Shown: positions 1-12,014, counted from the whole stretch's first letter. The stretch: 60,536 bases of DNA, filler included, from Sphacelaria rigidula (GCA_964200075.2; 7 parts of 7 records of this genome joined end to end with filler, not necessarily neighbours in it), one strand, 5' to 3'. Numbers and translations are program-made. The notes: generated by a model from the letters alone, not told the origin.

Positions 1-74
1 ACGATTCATTCACTGATTGACCGCTTTACACTCTCAATCGTTTCATCTACTCTCAATCTCACGAAAACACTGTT
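1..74. mobile_element. Right end of ~290-bp MITE (family A), cut by contig start
   Basis: Matches 2028-2097 and 12231-12300. Its reverse complement (AACAGTGTTTTCGTGAGATTGAGAGTAG) appears as the left TIR at 25824. Confidence 0.75.
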
Positions 75-1532
75 GCATGTACAAAATGTCGCCGAGAAAT
101 GTATGCGAAATATGATATACGTCGAAGAGATGTGCGGCAGGGTCGTGTTTTCCAACATAAGGGGCCGAAAGAAATGTAGGGTTAAAAATTAAGTTGAGGG
201 GGCGTAAAAAAAGCGGGACAGAAAAACAAGAAAAAACTGCAGAAAAGAAAAAAAAGCCGCAGGAAAGCGAAAAAACGCGGGGGAAAATGAAAAAAAGGGC
301 AGAAAACGAGCAAAAAAGAGAGCCGATGGAGTCAAAGCCTATCCAGCTGCCCCTTTCCCTCGTCGACCATTACGTCGAATTTTCATTATGCACTAGTGAT
401 TCTCCATACAAACTTTCCAAGCACAACTCTCAAGAACTGAGATGCGATATCTACATTTTTTGGTGCATGTAGTGCCTTTGCTCGTAAAATGTTGATTTTA
501 GTATGGAACCTGATGTGCACCATATGTTCAGATAGATGGCGAATTAGGTGAAGGTGGGCGCATCGATCGTTTCCCCGTCCAGGGAATGTTCACACCAAAA
601 ATCGTCATCATCCGCTGTATATATCGTTCGGGGGTTTACATAGACTTTGGGATGAACACTATCTCCATACGATATAGGCATCACAAAACACACGGGTGGT
701 CACTGGGGTTTAATCAACCAGAATAAAATGACCCATTCCTTCAGCGAGTGTTTCAGTTGTTTTTGGGGGGGTACGTCGATCATGAGACCATGGCTGGACT
801 CCTGGGAGGTCAGTTGAAGTGCGACAATCAGTCAATCAAATCGATCAAGACTTTTGAGCAGATGTGCACTTTTCCCTTGGTCAGACGGCCCAACTCGTCT
901 GTGTTGACGAGATATTGCTTTGAGAGCCCAAGTCCGCGTCTAGGCCGGCCCAGCTCGCATCGTTGTCGTAAATTAGCGCGTGGACTGGAGTGCACTGGTA
1001 ACCCAATGGCAGTCAGCAGGCGACAATGATAGCCACCACAGCACGGTTGCTACAAGAGAGACAAGTTTTCGATAAGAGTCGTAGTACTGATGCTGTTCTG
1101 TGTCATTGATGCAAGGGGGGGGGTATGTCTGGACAGAAGAACGAGTGTTGAACTCTGACCGTGCCAGAAATCAATGGCGCTGAGGTTGCTCGGATGACTT
1201 CTCTACCCATGAGAGTTGCTCATCACACGACGCGCCAACGACGACTTTGCTTCGTGCGCCTCACATCGGGGTGTGTATAAAGCTGAACAGTCAGGTCATG
1301 TGAGTGATATTCGTCAGCAATAGACAATTGGTGCCGAAAGCCCATCCTAGTCAAGCGATGTAGAGGTTGACAGCATACCCCGATTCATCACGTGATCACG
1401 TACTGTAATGCGCTCTTGGGAAACAGTACCCTGTCACGTGTGGGTAGGCAAAGGGTGCTACACATTGGGTGCGGTGACTATGAGCACTGGCAGGGGAGCT
1501 GTCCATGATACTGATACCGCCATACAGCACTC

Positions 1533-1791
1533 GAGTGATGCTGCGGGAGGGGTACACAAATATTTTCCGAGGTTAGAATTGTTAGGAGCCCTTCATCTAA
1601 TTCAAAACACGACTTACGAAGATATGCGAGAGGGTACGCCAGGAATACTATTCCAACGCACTGGGGATATCCCGAATAAATTTGCAAACGGGGATGCCCT
1701 GACCCATATTCTTGTGCGTTCAGGATCGTTAGGGCCCCCTGAACCAGACGAAATTTCGCGAAAAAAGTGCACCCCTACCGTAGCATTGCTC
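1533..1791. mobile_element. MITE family B (Sola2-like: GAG...CTC termini, 4-bp TSD)
   Basis: Imperfect TIR GAGYRATGCTACGGTAGGGGTGCAC and TSD ACTC/ACTC. Further copies at 27927-28177 and 42113-42367. Confidence 0.75.
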
Positions 1792-1819
1792 ACTCGCCAG
1801 GCGGCATGATTGCACCAGT

Positions 1820-2097
1820 AACGACGTTTTCGCCAGATTGAGAACGGCTTCTTTCACTCGCTTTGAACTAGCCAAGATTTCCTGCCGTGTGTGCTTATCT
1901 TTGCCTCTAGCACTCACGTGTGCTTACAGCTACACGTCGATATCCTACTCAAGATATCAAGGGCCTCCGTGGCAAGCTGCTACAGAAATCATTTTGGGCC
2001 TCGTGGAGGGGTATTTCGGAACTGAAACGATTCATTCACTAATTGGCCGCTCTTCACTCTCAATCGTATCCTCCACTTTCAATCTCACGAAAACATT
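1820..2097. mobile_element. MITE family A copy
   Basis: Colinear similarity with 12015-12300; right end matches 1-74. Confidence 0.7.
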
Positions 2098-2455
2098 GCC
2101 CAACAAGAAAAAGTTGGGAAAAACTAGTAGTAAGAATTACAAGTCAAACAGCGGTTTCACGGTTCATCGGGTGGCCGACTACTACGGTACATCAACGTTC
2201 GGTCAGCCCTTGCCAGATTGCCCACAAAGCACACGCCCAACGTAAGATTGATAACTCGCCTCGACGACAATGTGATGGAACCTAGCGCTGGGGTGTCACA
2301 ACTCCACAACTCCATCAACAACTTCTTATCTACAGAAGCGAAAGACCCCGGGCCGAACAAATGTCGTTCGAGACCGCTGACAATACACGCCAGCACACAC
2401 GAACACACTCCCCTAGTAACCTGAGGAACGATATCGGCATAAGGGATAATGTCAT

Positions 2456-4765
2456 CTACCATGTATCAGGCGTCCGAGGAGAAGGGGTAGAGACTCCTAG
2501 CTCCAACTTCACGTTCGAATCCTCGCCTGCCTCTTCGAAAACCACGTAATCAAAAACGCCCATGCGTCCATGTACCACCGCCGGCGAAGTACTGAGCCAC
2601 CCCGTACGTTTGCTGCTCCCGACACTCGAAGAGGTATCCTGCTCGCGACATCGCCTCACCCCATCGCCAGCGTGTGTATGAGAAGGGACTGCCAGCTCTA
2701 CCTTCATTCCTGCTCCTGCCCCCAAAGTCATCTCACCATCAGCCCTTGAAGGTGGGTATCCCAAGAGCAACGGTGTTCGTACACCCTGCCTGAGACCGGC
2801 ACACCCTCTACGATGAGCACCAACAGCGTCGCTTCCAACAGGACCCAAGAATGCCGCACGCTTGCGTTTCGTTCCGCGTGCATCAGCAACGCTTCCTCCA
2901 CCACCCTCCGCCGGACTACGGCTGTAGGCATCCTTCTCAGAGTTGAGCTTCGTGGTGTCGGACATCCCATCTGTGTTGTGAGCATTCGCATGCTGTGGGC
3001 AAAATGTTCCCTTACCTACGCTGTGCTTCTTGTGGACAGCAAACTTGGAGCACCCCTGTTCACTGCACTTTTCGTTCACCACAGTCACCATTGCCGCCCT
3101 GGCATGCTCGGAGCAGAACTCCGCCTTCCTGCTTCCAACTAATCCAAATGACGGCTTCTGAGAGCAGCCCTCGTCGCCGCACTTCTTGCCTCTCCTGCTT
3201 CCCGCTACACCATACGACGGACGCGTAGAGTAGCCCTCGTTGCCGCACTTCTTGTTTACCACGTTCACCATTCCCGCCGTGGCATGCGTAGCGCAGAACT
3301 CCGCCTTCTTGCTTCCCGCTACACCATATACCGGATGCGTGAAGCAGCCCTCGTCGCCGCACATCTTGCTCACCACGTTCACCATTCCCGCCTTGGCGTG
3401 TTTGGAGCAAAACTTCGCCTTCCTGCTTCCCGCTACACCATATGACGGACGCGTGGAGCAGCCCTCGTCGCCGCACATCTTGCTCACCACGTTCACCATT
3501 CCCACCGTGGCATGCTGGGAGCAGAACGCCGCCGATCTACTCCCCACTACACCATACGATGGCTGCTTCGAGCAGCCCTCGTCGCCGCACTTCTTGTTCA
3601 CCACGTTCACCATTCCCGCCTTGGCGTGCTTGAAACAGAACTCCGCCTTTTTACTCCCCGCTACACCATATGATGGTTGCGTGGAGCAGCCCTCGTCGCC
3701 GCAGTTCTTGTACCTTAAATTTAGCATTCCCGCCCGGGCATGATCGGCGCAAAACCTCGTATTTTTGCCTCCCGCTACACCATACGACGCCTTCGTAAAG
3801 CAGCCCTCGTAGCCGCACCTCTTTTCCATCACATTCACCATTCCCGCCATGGCGTGCTTGGAGCAGAACTCCGCCTTTTTGGTTCCCGCTGAACCATACG
3901 ACGGGCGCATGAGGCAGCCATTATGGCCGCACTTCTTGTTTGCCACGTTCACCATTCCCGCCCTGGCGTGCTTGCAGCAGAACTCCGCCTTTCTACTCCC
4001 CAATACACCATACGACGGCTTCGTGAGGCAGCCCTCGTAAGCGCACTTCGTGGCCTTTGCATTAATCAAACGCACCATTCCTGTCGTGGCATGTTTGGAG
4101 CAGAACTCAGCCTTCTTGCTCCCCGCTACACCATACGACGGATTCGTGGAGCAGCCCTCGTGGCCGCATTCCGTGGTCCATAGATGATCCATATCCACCT
4201 TGGCATGCTTGGAGCAGAACTCCGCCTTCTTGCTCCCCGCTACACCATACGACGGCCTCGTGGAGCAGCCACTGTGACCGCACTTCTTGGCCCTTACATT
4301 CACCATTCCTGCCTTGGCATGCTCGGAGCAGAATTTTGCCTTGGTTCCCGCTACACCATACCAAGGATGCCTGGAGCAGCTCTCCACGCCGCACCTCTTG
4401 GCCTTCACATTCACCATTCCTGCGCTGGCATGCGTGGAGCAGAACTCCGCCTTCTTGCTTCCCGCTACACCATAAGCCGGATGCGTGAAGCAGCTCTCGT
4501 AGCCGCACCTCTTTTCCACCACATTCACCATTCCCGCCCTGGCGTGCTTGGAGCAGAGCTCCGCCTTCTTGCTTCCCACTAGACCAAACGACGGCCTCGT
4601 TAGACAGCCCTCGTAGGCGCACTTCCTGCCTACCACATTCACCATTCCCGCCCTGGCGTGCTTGGAGCAGAACTCCGCCTTCTTGCTTCCAACTACACCA
4701 AACGACGGCTTCGCGAAGCAGTCCCCGTCGCCGCATTTCTTGCTCACCACATTCACCATTCTCAC
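2456..4765 (-). CDS. EsV-1-7 domain (C-x4-C...C-x2-H repeat) protein, IMM/EsV-1-7 family; single long exon
   Basis: 769-aa ORF with ~16 tandem ~38-aa repeats, consensus CGxEGCxxxPSYGVAGSKKAEFCSKHAxAGMVNVVxKK, followed by a low-complexity tail containing KRKR. Track start is GTG; first ATG is at 4759. Confidence 0.9.
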   Translation of the reverse strand: MRMVNVVSKKCGDGDCFAKPSFGVVGSKKAEFCSKHARAGMVNVVGRKCAYEGCLTRPSFGLVGSKKAELCSKHARAGMVNVVEKRCGYESCFTHPAYGVAGSKKAEFCSTHASAGMVNVKAKRCGVESCSRHPWYGVAGTKAKFCSEHAKAGMVNVRAKKCGHSGCSTRPSYGVAGSKKAEFCSKHAKVDMDHLWTTECGHEGCSTNPSYGVAGSKKAEFCSKHATTGMVRLINAKATKCAYEGCLTKPSYGVLGSRKAEFCCKHARAGMVNVANKKCGHNGCLMRPSYGSAGTKKAEFCSKHAMAGMVNVMEKRCGYEGCFTKASYGVAGGKNTRFCADHARAGMLNLRYKNCGDEGCSTQPSYGVAGSKKAEFCFKHAKAGMVNVVNKKCGDEGCSKQPSYGVVGSRSAAFCSQHATVGMVNVVSKMCGDEGCSTRPSYGVAGSRKAKFCSKHAKAGMVNVVSKMCGDEGCFTHPVYGVAGSKKAEFCATHATAGMVNVVNKKCGNEGYSTRPSYGVAGSRRGKKCGDEGCSQKPSFGLVGSRKAEFCSEHARAAMVTVVNEKCSEQGCSKFAVHKKHSVGKGTFCPQHANAHNTDGMSDTTKLNSEKDAYSRSPAEGGGGSVADARGTKRKRAAFLGPVGSDAVGAHRRGCAGLRQGVRTPLLLGYPPSRADGEMTLGAGAGMKVELAVPSHTHAGDGVRRCREQDTSSSVGSSKRTGWLSTSPAVVHGRMGVFDYVVFEEAGEDSNVKLELGVSTPSPRTPDTW

Positions 4766-6720
4766 CGTGGTATGCTGGAAACAGAAGTCCGCCTTGTTGT
4801 GTGATTCGTGAGACGGCGGCTTGGAGCAGCCCTTGTTGATGCACGCTTTTCTCTAGATATCAACCACCCGTTCCTGCGCGTGCTCCTTTGAAAACGAACT
4901 GCTGATGGTAGCACAAATACCAAGACAACGGGAAATATACCTCGTGAGCCACGGGTGTAAGCGTGTTGAAACGCTTGCAGAACGAGTGACATTGTTATTA
5001 CGGCACAACTCTGGAGAAACAGCAGCTGCCAGCATTCAACCAGACGACGCTCCATTTAAGCTGACCTCAACACCTTAGGCGTTACTCGTAAGTGATTACG
5101 GCGAATGGGACGGCCTGTACACTCTTGGAGACGAGATCGGAAGCGAATGAAGCACTAGCGTAGTACAGTAGCAGAATAGTCGTGTTGCAGAAAACATGTG
5201 AAACACAATTCCAATGTCACAGCACACCCAGCCATATCAAAGAGAGATGACACATTGATGTATGCCAAAATACGAAGATCAGGATTTGCAGACCAGGCAG
5301 AACGAGCCAGTTAAAAAACGTCGAGCAAATCGAAGAGCAAGACAACATCATCGACAGAGTGAGCAATCGCTATGCAGCATCACATACACAGAACGGGATG
5401 CTCGTCGTGGGGGGCGATCGGCTTTCATGTTCGACACCGCCAATAAAAATGCACGGGTCGTATCATGGCTTGGGACGAGGGTCACGATGATCCTGAACTA
5501 CTGGACGGGACAACTCCTAAGCGGACATTTATTTCATGTACCGCAGGTGCCATTGCGGTGACCCTGTGAGCCACTACGTAAAATCAGTTCCTCATCCATG
5601 TCGAAACTCCTTGATGACAACGTCGATACAAATGAAAGGTTGTACATATATCGGTGTCCAAATCATACCAGCGAGGATGTGCTAAAACGTGTAGATGTAA
5701 GATCAGTTGTGGCAAGACCTGAAATCGCTGAGCGGAAACCTACCTATGTGTTTCGTGCTATTAGCACCACTCTACGGCCTCTGGCAAAGTTTCAGAAATG
5801 CGAGTTGTGCAATGAATGCTTCCGCTAGTTGAAGAGTTGTGGTTCCTTCCAGAGCATTGAGAGGTATACCTCCGTCGTGAAGCCAGAACTGAAACAGAAG
5901 CTAGACAGTGGATTTGAATCTAGAGTATTGCAGTAAACACTGATGCCATTCCCACCATACACACTGGGTCTACATGGCACCATATGCTACGACAACGCCG
6001 AGACGCACTACAGGGACATGGTTGATGCAACAATACCGGCGGAGGAAGGTCCAGCAGATGCACGCTGGCGTGCGAAGGTATCTGCGGGCGCATGGTCCGA
6101 ACGAGCTGCATGTTTTCATCTCCCTGCTGGGCGTTCTTGGTCTCACAAAATAGTAGGGGTGTCCCAACATCGTAGGCAAAACGTGTTGCAGTCAAAAACA
6201 GCATCCTAGATGGACACAGCAACTCGAGATGCACTATCGAAACACGATCGGTGCGTCGGCTGTGTGATGTCTACAAAATCTCATCAGGTATGCGCCGGCG
6301 TGGAAAAGGAGTACTTGCTTCCCGCAATTTGATGTTTTGCGAGCGTTGTACAGAATCGATACGGTTTTTGATCGTATGTAAGATGTTCATTACAAGAGGC
6401 CGCATATACAAAGGCATCTGATGTTCATCGCCATGGTACGAATGAGCTGCTGTGGTGCGCCGTGTCATGACCCCCGTTGCTGTTCATATGATGCAGTGAT
6501 GAGACGACACATACGTCGCCATATACATCGTGCTTGACAGGGTAGTATGTGACGTCGGCACGTGTATACTGCGCGGGCAATGAATTCAAAGACAAGAATC
6601 AAGTTTGGTGCAAGTCGATGAATCCTGAGCCTACACGGCTCACACGTGTTCAGATAGCGCCCTGAACACCATCACGCTGACAACTTTTCGTGATGCTTTG
6701 TGGAGTTCCCCGGCGTGGAT

Positions 6721-6757
6721 GAGCTGCACAGGGTGTGACGGAGACCCTGTGCAGCTC
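6721..6757. other. Perfect 14-bp stem hairpin
   Basis: GAGCTGCACAGGGT, 9-nt loop, ACCCTGTGCAGCTC. Confidence 0.8.
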
Positions 6758-7036
6758 TCCTCACGTAACTTTAGGCCCGTGCGGGTAGTTTAAACGAGAC
6801 ATCGCAGAAGTGTCGTGAGGCTACTCTGGCATGGGAGTGGAATTCCAAAAAGTATGGAGATTTTGCTCTGCTTCACCACACAGAACTATCGATCCACATA
6901 TACAATGTTGCTACGATGCAATCATTTCAGTCATCCCAACGTATACTAGAAGCTACTTCCGGCATAGGATAAATACCCTGTGAAGACCCCAGCAGAGTGA
7001 GGTGGATCGCAGGCTCGGCATGAGCGAACCATGGTA

Positions 7037-7993
7037 CGAGTTGGGCCGCCCAAGAAGCCACTAGGGATGTTGAAACGCATTTTTTTCGCTCAATTTTGGA
7101 TCGTTTTTGATGAAATTTTGACACAATGTACAAGATGTATGTGCAAATACCCGACCTTCCATCCCCTGTTTTTTTTTCTTCGCGAGTTATTGGCAATTTT
7201 GTTCCGTAAAAACTGTTCTGAAATGTTCGTCGCCATTAACTAACGGAGAAAAAAAAAACAGGGGATGAAAGATTGGGTATTCGCACATAGGTCCTGTACA
7301 TCGTGTCAAAATTTCATCGAAAACGATCCAAAATTGAGCGAAGAAAATGCGTCATTCCGTCGACAAGCGGTTACTTGAGTATATGGAGGTGAACTAGTTA
7401 TGAATAATTCAAACGCATTCATGCTGTTCAATTTCAAGCTGCTTTCGATGAAATTTTGACACGATGCACAGGACGTATGTGCAAATACCGAACCTTTCCT
7501 CCTACGTTTGTTTCTGTTTTTCTGCGTGAGTTATTGGCGATTTCGTTCTGAAAAACTGTTCTGAAGTGTTCCGTCGTCAGTAACTCACGAAGAAAAAAAA
7601 AAACATGGGAGGAACGAAGGGGTGTTTGCACATACTCCCTGTACATCATTTCAAAATTTCATCGAAAACGACTTAGTATTGAGCTCGGGAATGGTGCCAC
7701 AGCTTGGGCGGCACCACGCGGCATAAAACTGACTGTAACCGAAATTCCAATCTCAGCCGTTTTCTTTTGGCTATTTCCGCCGCACGTAGTACCCTCAACC
7801 CTCTACACTTTCGCACTCGATTACAGTTTAGTATTTCGTTTGATGAGACCCTGTCGGATCGCAGTGCTACGTGGATTTGAAGACGCACGCCGATTTGCCG
7901 ATTACCACGATTTGTCATAGTGGGCACAACTCGCGATACATCGTCAGTTAGAACTGGCTGAAGGAAAGTGAGCTTCTTGGGCGGCCCAGCCTG
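7037..7993. mobile_element. Non-autonomous Tc1/mariner-like element with two internal foldback units
   Basis: TIR core TGGGCCGCCCAAGAAGC at both ends, TA on both flanks (7035-36, 7994-95). Internal inverted repeats at ~7075-7352 and ~7445-7670. Confidence 0.7.
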
Positions 7994-8495
7994 TAGGGCT
8001 CTGCACTATACTGATGACGTGAAGATTATTCTTCAAGTATAATGGATCGGGCTTGTGAAAAGTGGTTTTGTCTACAACGTGATGGACCTCCCACTGTATG
8101 AGATTATACATTGTGTCCCCCCACGGGACAGGGCCGTACGACTACTGTATTTTCGAGGAAGTAGTTATCACGTTGCATGAGGGTCAATAGTGACCAAAAC
8201 CACCTGCACAGAACTTGTCCTCGTCCTCATGGTCAGCTGTTAGGTGTCGCATATGAGTACATCGAGGGGCGCTTGCCGGCATGGCATAGGATGGACTAAT
8301 GATAAGAGTCGGTTCGGAGACGAACCATGTGCGAGGTAAATGGCTCTAGAAAAGGTCACAGCTGGATGATGAGAAAGGAAACGCACCTACAGATATCATC
8401 TACGTCTAACTTGCACCGAATTATCATGACTGGAACTGCGCAAGCTGGCTGTATCATGTTGAGTACACTCTTTATACATTACTGTGCGGTACGGT

Positions 8496-8563
8496 GGTCG
8501 GCCCGGTGGCTCAGTTGGTAACCTCGAAACCTCCTGACGGTTGGGTCGTGGGTTCAATTCTGG
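8496..8563 (+). mobile_element. tRNA-derived SINE head (truncated by contig end)
   Basis: A-box TGGCTCAGTTGG and B-box GGTTCAATTC; homologous to the reverse copy at 23972-24068. Confidence 0.65.
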
Positions 8564-8663
8564 NNNNNNNNNNNNNNNNNNNNNNNNNNNNNNNNNNNNN
8601 NNNNNNNTTAATTAATTAANNNNNNNNNNNNNNNNNNNNNNNNNNNNNNNNNNNNNNNNNNNN
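8564..8663. other. Artificial contig linker N44-TTAATTAATTAA-N44
   Basis: 100-bp spacer with stops in all six frames, repeated six times in the window. Confidence 0.98.
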
Positions 8664-8993
8664 CGAAACCTGGCACGCACACCTTTGATACAAAGGAGCG
8701 TGTGCCGGTGTGTAGACTGGCTTCGGCGACAAGGATGATTGGTTCTGGTTGAGCCTCCTGGACGAGACATTTACTACGCACGGGCATCAGAGTGGATCAT
8801 GAAGAGCAGTAGACCTAAAGAAATCTTCGTACACAATGGTTATTGGCCTAGGAGAACCTATGCACCCTCCTCGCCCGAGGGTCTCGTGCGCCTTGGGTCG
8901 GGATCGGGGCTGGAGCTAGTGTTGGTGTTAGTTTGTAACATTCCATGATGTTCTCCATCAACCGTTATCTATGAACATATTTGTAGCTCCCCT

Positions 8994-9099
8994 CCCTTTG
9001 ACCGCGAGAATAGGTAGATCATCTGCTGAATCGGCATCAATATTCACTTGAAAGGAGTATGTGTAATCAAGATGAACTACCCGCACCACGGTCGAAGGG
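8994..9099. mobile_element. ~105-bp piggyBac-like mini-MITE (family C)
   Basis: CCCTTTGACCGCG...CGGTCGAAGGG|TTAA. Copies at 19432, 25130, ~27570 (partial), 28235 and 28340. Confidence 0.7.
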
Positions 9100-9669
9100 T
9101 TAACTTCTGACTCGAATCTTTCCTTCGTCTGAGATTCAAAACAAGGCTAACGACCGTCGTATCCCTAACAAAACCAAAAACTCTGGCGGGCTTTGCGAGG
9201 TTCGTATATTTGCTTCTGCTCCCTTCCCGCACTGTCCCAATGACCTCGGGTGCCGGCAACGCTCACACACATTCACGTACAGTACACAAGGGCACGGTAG
9301 CGACAGCCTGTAGCCAAAGTAGCAACATTATCTCACGCCTCGCCAAATTTGCCTGGACTACTAGTGGTAGATAGTTGAGGCACACGACACGGAACATGAT
9401 CCCATAAATGTAATCATGGTATGTGATGAGCTTGAAGGGGCGGTGTGCCCGTATTCTCAGTGGTTTCCATGTCAAGGATCTCTGTACACGGCGGCTGACC
9501 GCATCCGCCAACGCCTCGGTATTCAACTAGGGGACAGCAGGCTGGGTGTCCCCCCCTTCCCCTCTCAAAAACTCGAATTTTCGATCATGGGGCTCACGTG
9601 TCCCGAAATATATTTTTGACAGACCCTTGGTTAAGTTATTAAAAAAATGGCAGTTTATCCCCTGTCTTT

Positions 9670-9860
9670 GATATCTTGACCGTTTGTTATTGAGAATGAT
9701 TTTTTGGCCAAGAACGAATCTGTGACCTACGGAAAACGAAAAGGTGCTCTGGAACGGTCTCAGCGAGTCGAGCAAGTCATTCCAAGGTGTCAACATCCGC
9801 TGAGCCCTCTTTTCGGGGCAGAAACGACGGAGAAGGGTCAAAACAGCACTTTTCAACAAG
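9670..9860. repeat. Dispersed repeat arm shared with foldback at 17575-17930
   Basis: GAACGGTCTCAGCGAGT...CAAGTCATTCCAAGGTGTCAACATCCGC is nearly identical at 17818-17870. Confidence 0.7.
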
Positions 9861-10353
9861 TTATATTATTCGATACATAAGAAGTAGCCGAAGAAAGGAG
9901 AAGGATAAAAGAAAATTGGAAGCGCGATGCAAAGCAGAGCAATCTATACAAAAAGAGGTACGCCCTGGTGCTTTTGGAACACAAAGAGTAACGCATTTTT
10001 CGCTTTGGGGCGCGGTGCTGCACGCGGGCTGAACACCTCGAAAACACGTTCCAGCGCCTCAGCCCCACGCCCAAGGTGCCTGGGCAGCGTTTTCATTTTC
10101 ACGAGTGTAATTAGACGGAACTATGGGGCCGAAAGTGAGAGCCTGTGAGAGTACCCTTTGTTAAAGACAAACCAGGAGGGCACGCCCTGCCCTCTGCTGA
10201 AAAATTATCGCTCACCCTTGTTCGTTCACCTGACAACCCTATTTTTGTGAAGAGGTGACCGTACAGCCGGCTCAGCAGAAGATACGCCGAGTAGTCACAA
10301 CCGTAGTCATTTTCGGTTAAATTACACTCCCACCAAAAAAGGCCGAAACCCAA

Positions 10354-10686
10354 CACACGCGGCCATTTGGCTACACTCCAAAATGCCTCCGGAGGGATAC
10401 GCGGCCCTCCAGGGGGAAAACATGCCTCCGGAGGCAATCAATCCCTCTGGAGGAAACCAAACTCTACCGACCCGGAGGGCCGTGCACCCCTACGGAGGAA
10501 TTTGGGGGTATGCGCGGCCCTCCAGAGGCAAAAATAGGCCTCCGGAGGCGTTTAATCGATCTGGAAAAAACTAAAAAATCTCCTCTGGAGGGCTGCGCAC
10601 CCCTCCGGAGGCGTTTAATCCCTCTGGAGGCTCGAAAAATTTACCCACCTGGAGAAATTTTGGAGGTAGCCAAATGGCCGCGTGTG
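10354..10686. mobile_element. MITE with CAC...GTG ends (CMC/EnSpm-like)
   Basis: Perfect 21-bp TIR CACACGCGGCCATTTGGCTAC, AA on both flanks, interior built of CCTCCGGAGG palindromes. Confidence 0.75.
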
Positions 10687-11219
10687 AACGACCAAGAGAG
10701 TATAGCCCCCTGCTACGAGTAGTTGGCCCGAGGACACGAAAGATCAGAGCGCTTGTGTGCCGGAGCTCACGAAGATCCAACGAGCATGTGTGAACATCTT
10801 GCCGACACACACGCCAGCACGGCATCACGCGGTGACAATGTCAGACCGTTACGGGATCTGCATATTTTTGCGGCTCGGAAACAAAGATGGGCACCGACCG
10901 GATTACGGATTGGAGGAAGAACGCCTGAATCCAATGACGTGAACTGTACAATCCATGTACAATTTAACGATCTCTTACAGAACAGCAAAACCTGGAAAAT
11001 GATCATGGTTTTTGACTCATCATACCCTGGACAATATATTGCATTGTCACAAGTTGTACTGCGGACAGCATTGACTCTTGCGTCTATTGCAACAATAAAC
11101 CTTTGGACATAGCCATCTATTGTCCAGGGTGTTCAGGATATAGAGTAAGATTCCAACGGTACGCTTTTTTCCCATCTCAGGGTCCACGGTAGTACTCAGT
11201 ACTCCAGAGTACCCGGAGT

Positions 11220-11254
<35 letters not shown>

Positions 11255-12014
11255 CGGGCGGCCACTGCGACATCGCCCCCGCAACACNNNNNNNNNNGGG
11301 CCCCTTTTTCCCCCCCCCCGGGCCCCCGGTAGTACCCACTCCCCCAAAGCCCCCGGGCTCCCCCCCCCCCCCCCCCCGCGCAAAATACTCGATCGGTGTA
11401 CCCAGTATTATACGCAGTACCTCCGAGGACCTATTGAGCTTCCGAACGCTCGAGGGGCCTACCCCACGTGACGGCCACGAGGCGGTCTAGCCGAGGCACT
11501 GGGTAATCGGCACACAAATCCGCGTGCGGGGTAAGTGTGTAGTGAGGTTTCCTCCTTCCTTCTGAGGGAAGAAATTTCGTCATTTTGAAAAACAGAATGC
11601 AGAGAATCATAGGTATTCCAGAGTAGCCGGAATATTGACCACCAAAAATACCAAGGTTATGTTCTGTAAGGTGCGGTTTTCTTTATACTGATGGACTACC
11701 CTCGTGGTACAAAGGTTAAGCTCAACTGACTATAGAGCTGCCAGTGCACAGCCCTACAAAAACGCGTTCTGCGCACGCTAGGAGCACGCTAGGAGCACGC
11801 TAGGAGTACAGCCCCCATTAAAGACCCGGGTTTCGGTGTCCACGTAAACAACGAATCGGTCGAAGAAACGCTTGTCGAGTGGTGAACTCTACTCGACAAT
11901 GAGGTGCATGAGTATCACGAATATTGGAATGTCCTACCCAGTTCACCCAAAATTTCACGAGGATCTCCTGCACGCTAGTTGGAAATTCTCAGTTTTTGAC
12001 GGAAATCAACGTAT

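Noticed and set aside
194-472. Lys/Glu-rich 92-aa ORF
   Set aside because: A-rich low-complexity sequence running into a SINE relic.
748-1029. LECT motif suggesting gypsy RNase H remnant
   Set aside because: Too little similarity to support a call.
3060-4844. Overlapping ORFs in other frames and strands of the EsV-1-7 array
   Set aside because: Shadows of the 114-bp repeat; only the Cys/His frame matches a known domain.
5560-6470. Possible endogenous viral genes beside the EsV-1-7 gene
   Set aside because: Only short ORFs with no motif I can recognise; needs a database search.
11185-11400. GAGTAC followed by poly(C) as another LINE end
   Set aside because: Upstream sequence is a GAGTAC-rich repeat without LINE homology and lies beside a low-quality 10-N gap.
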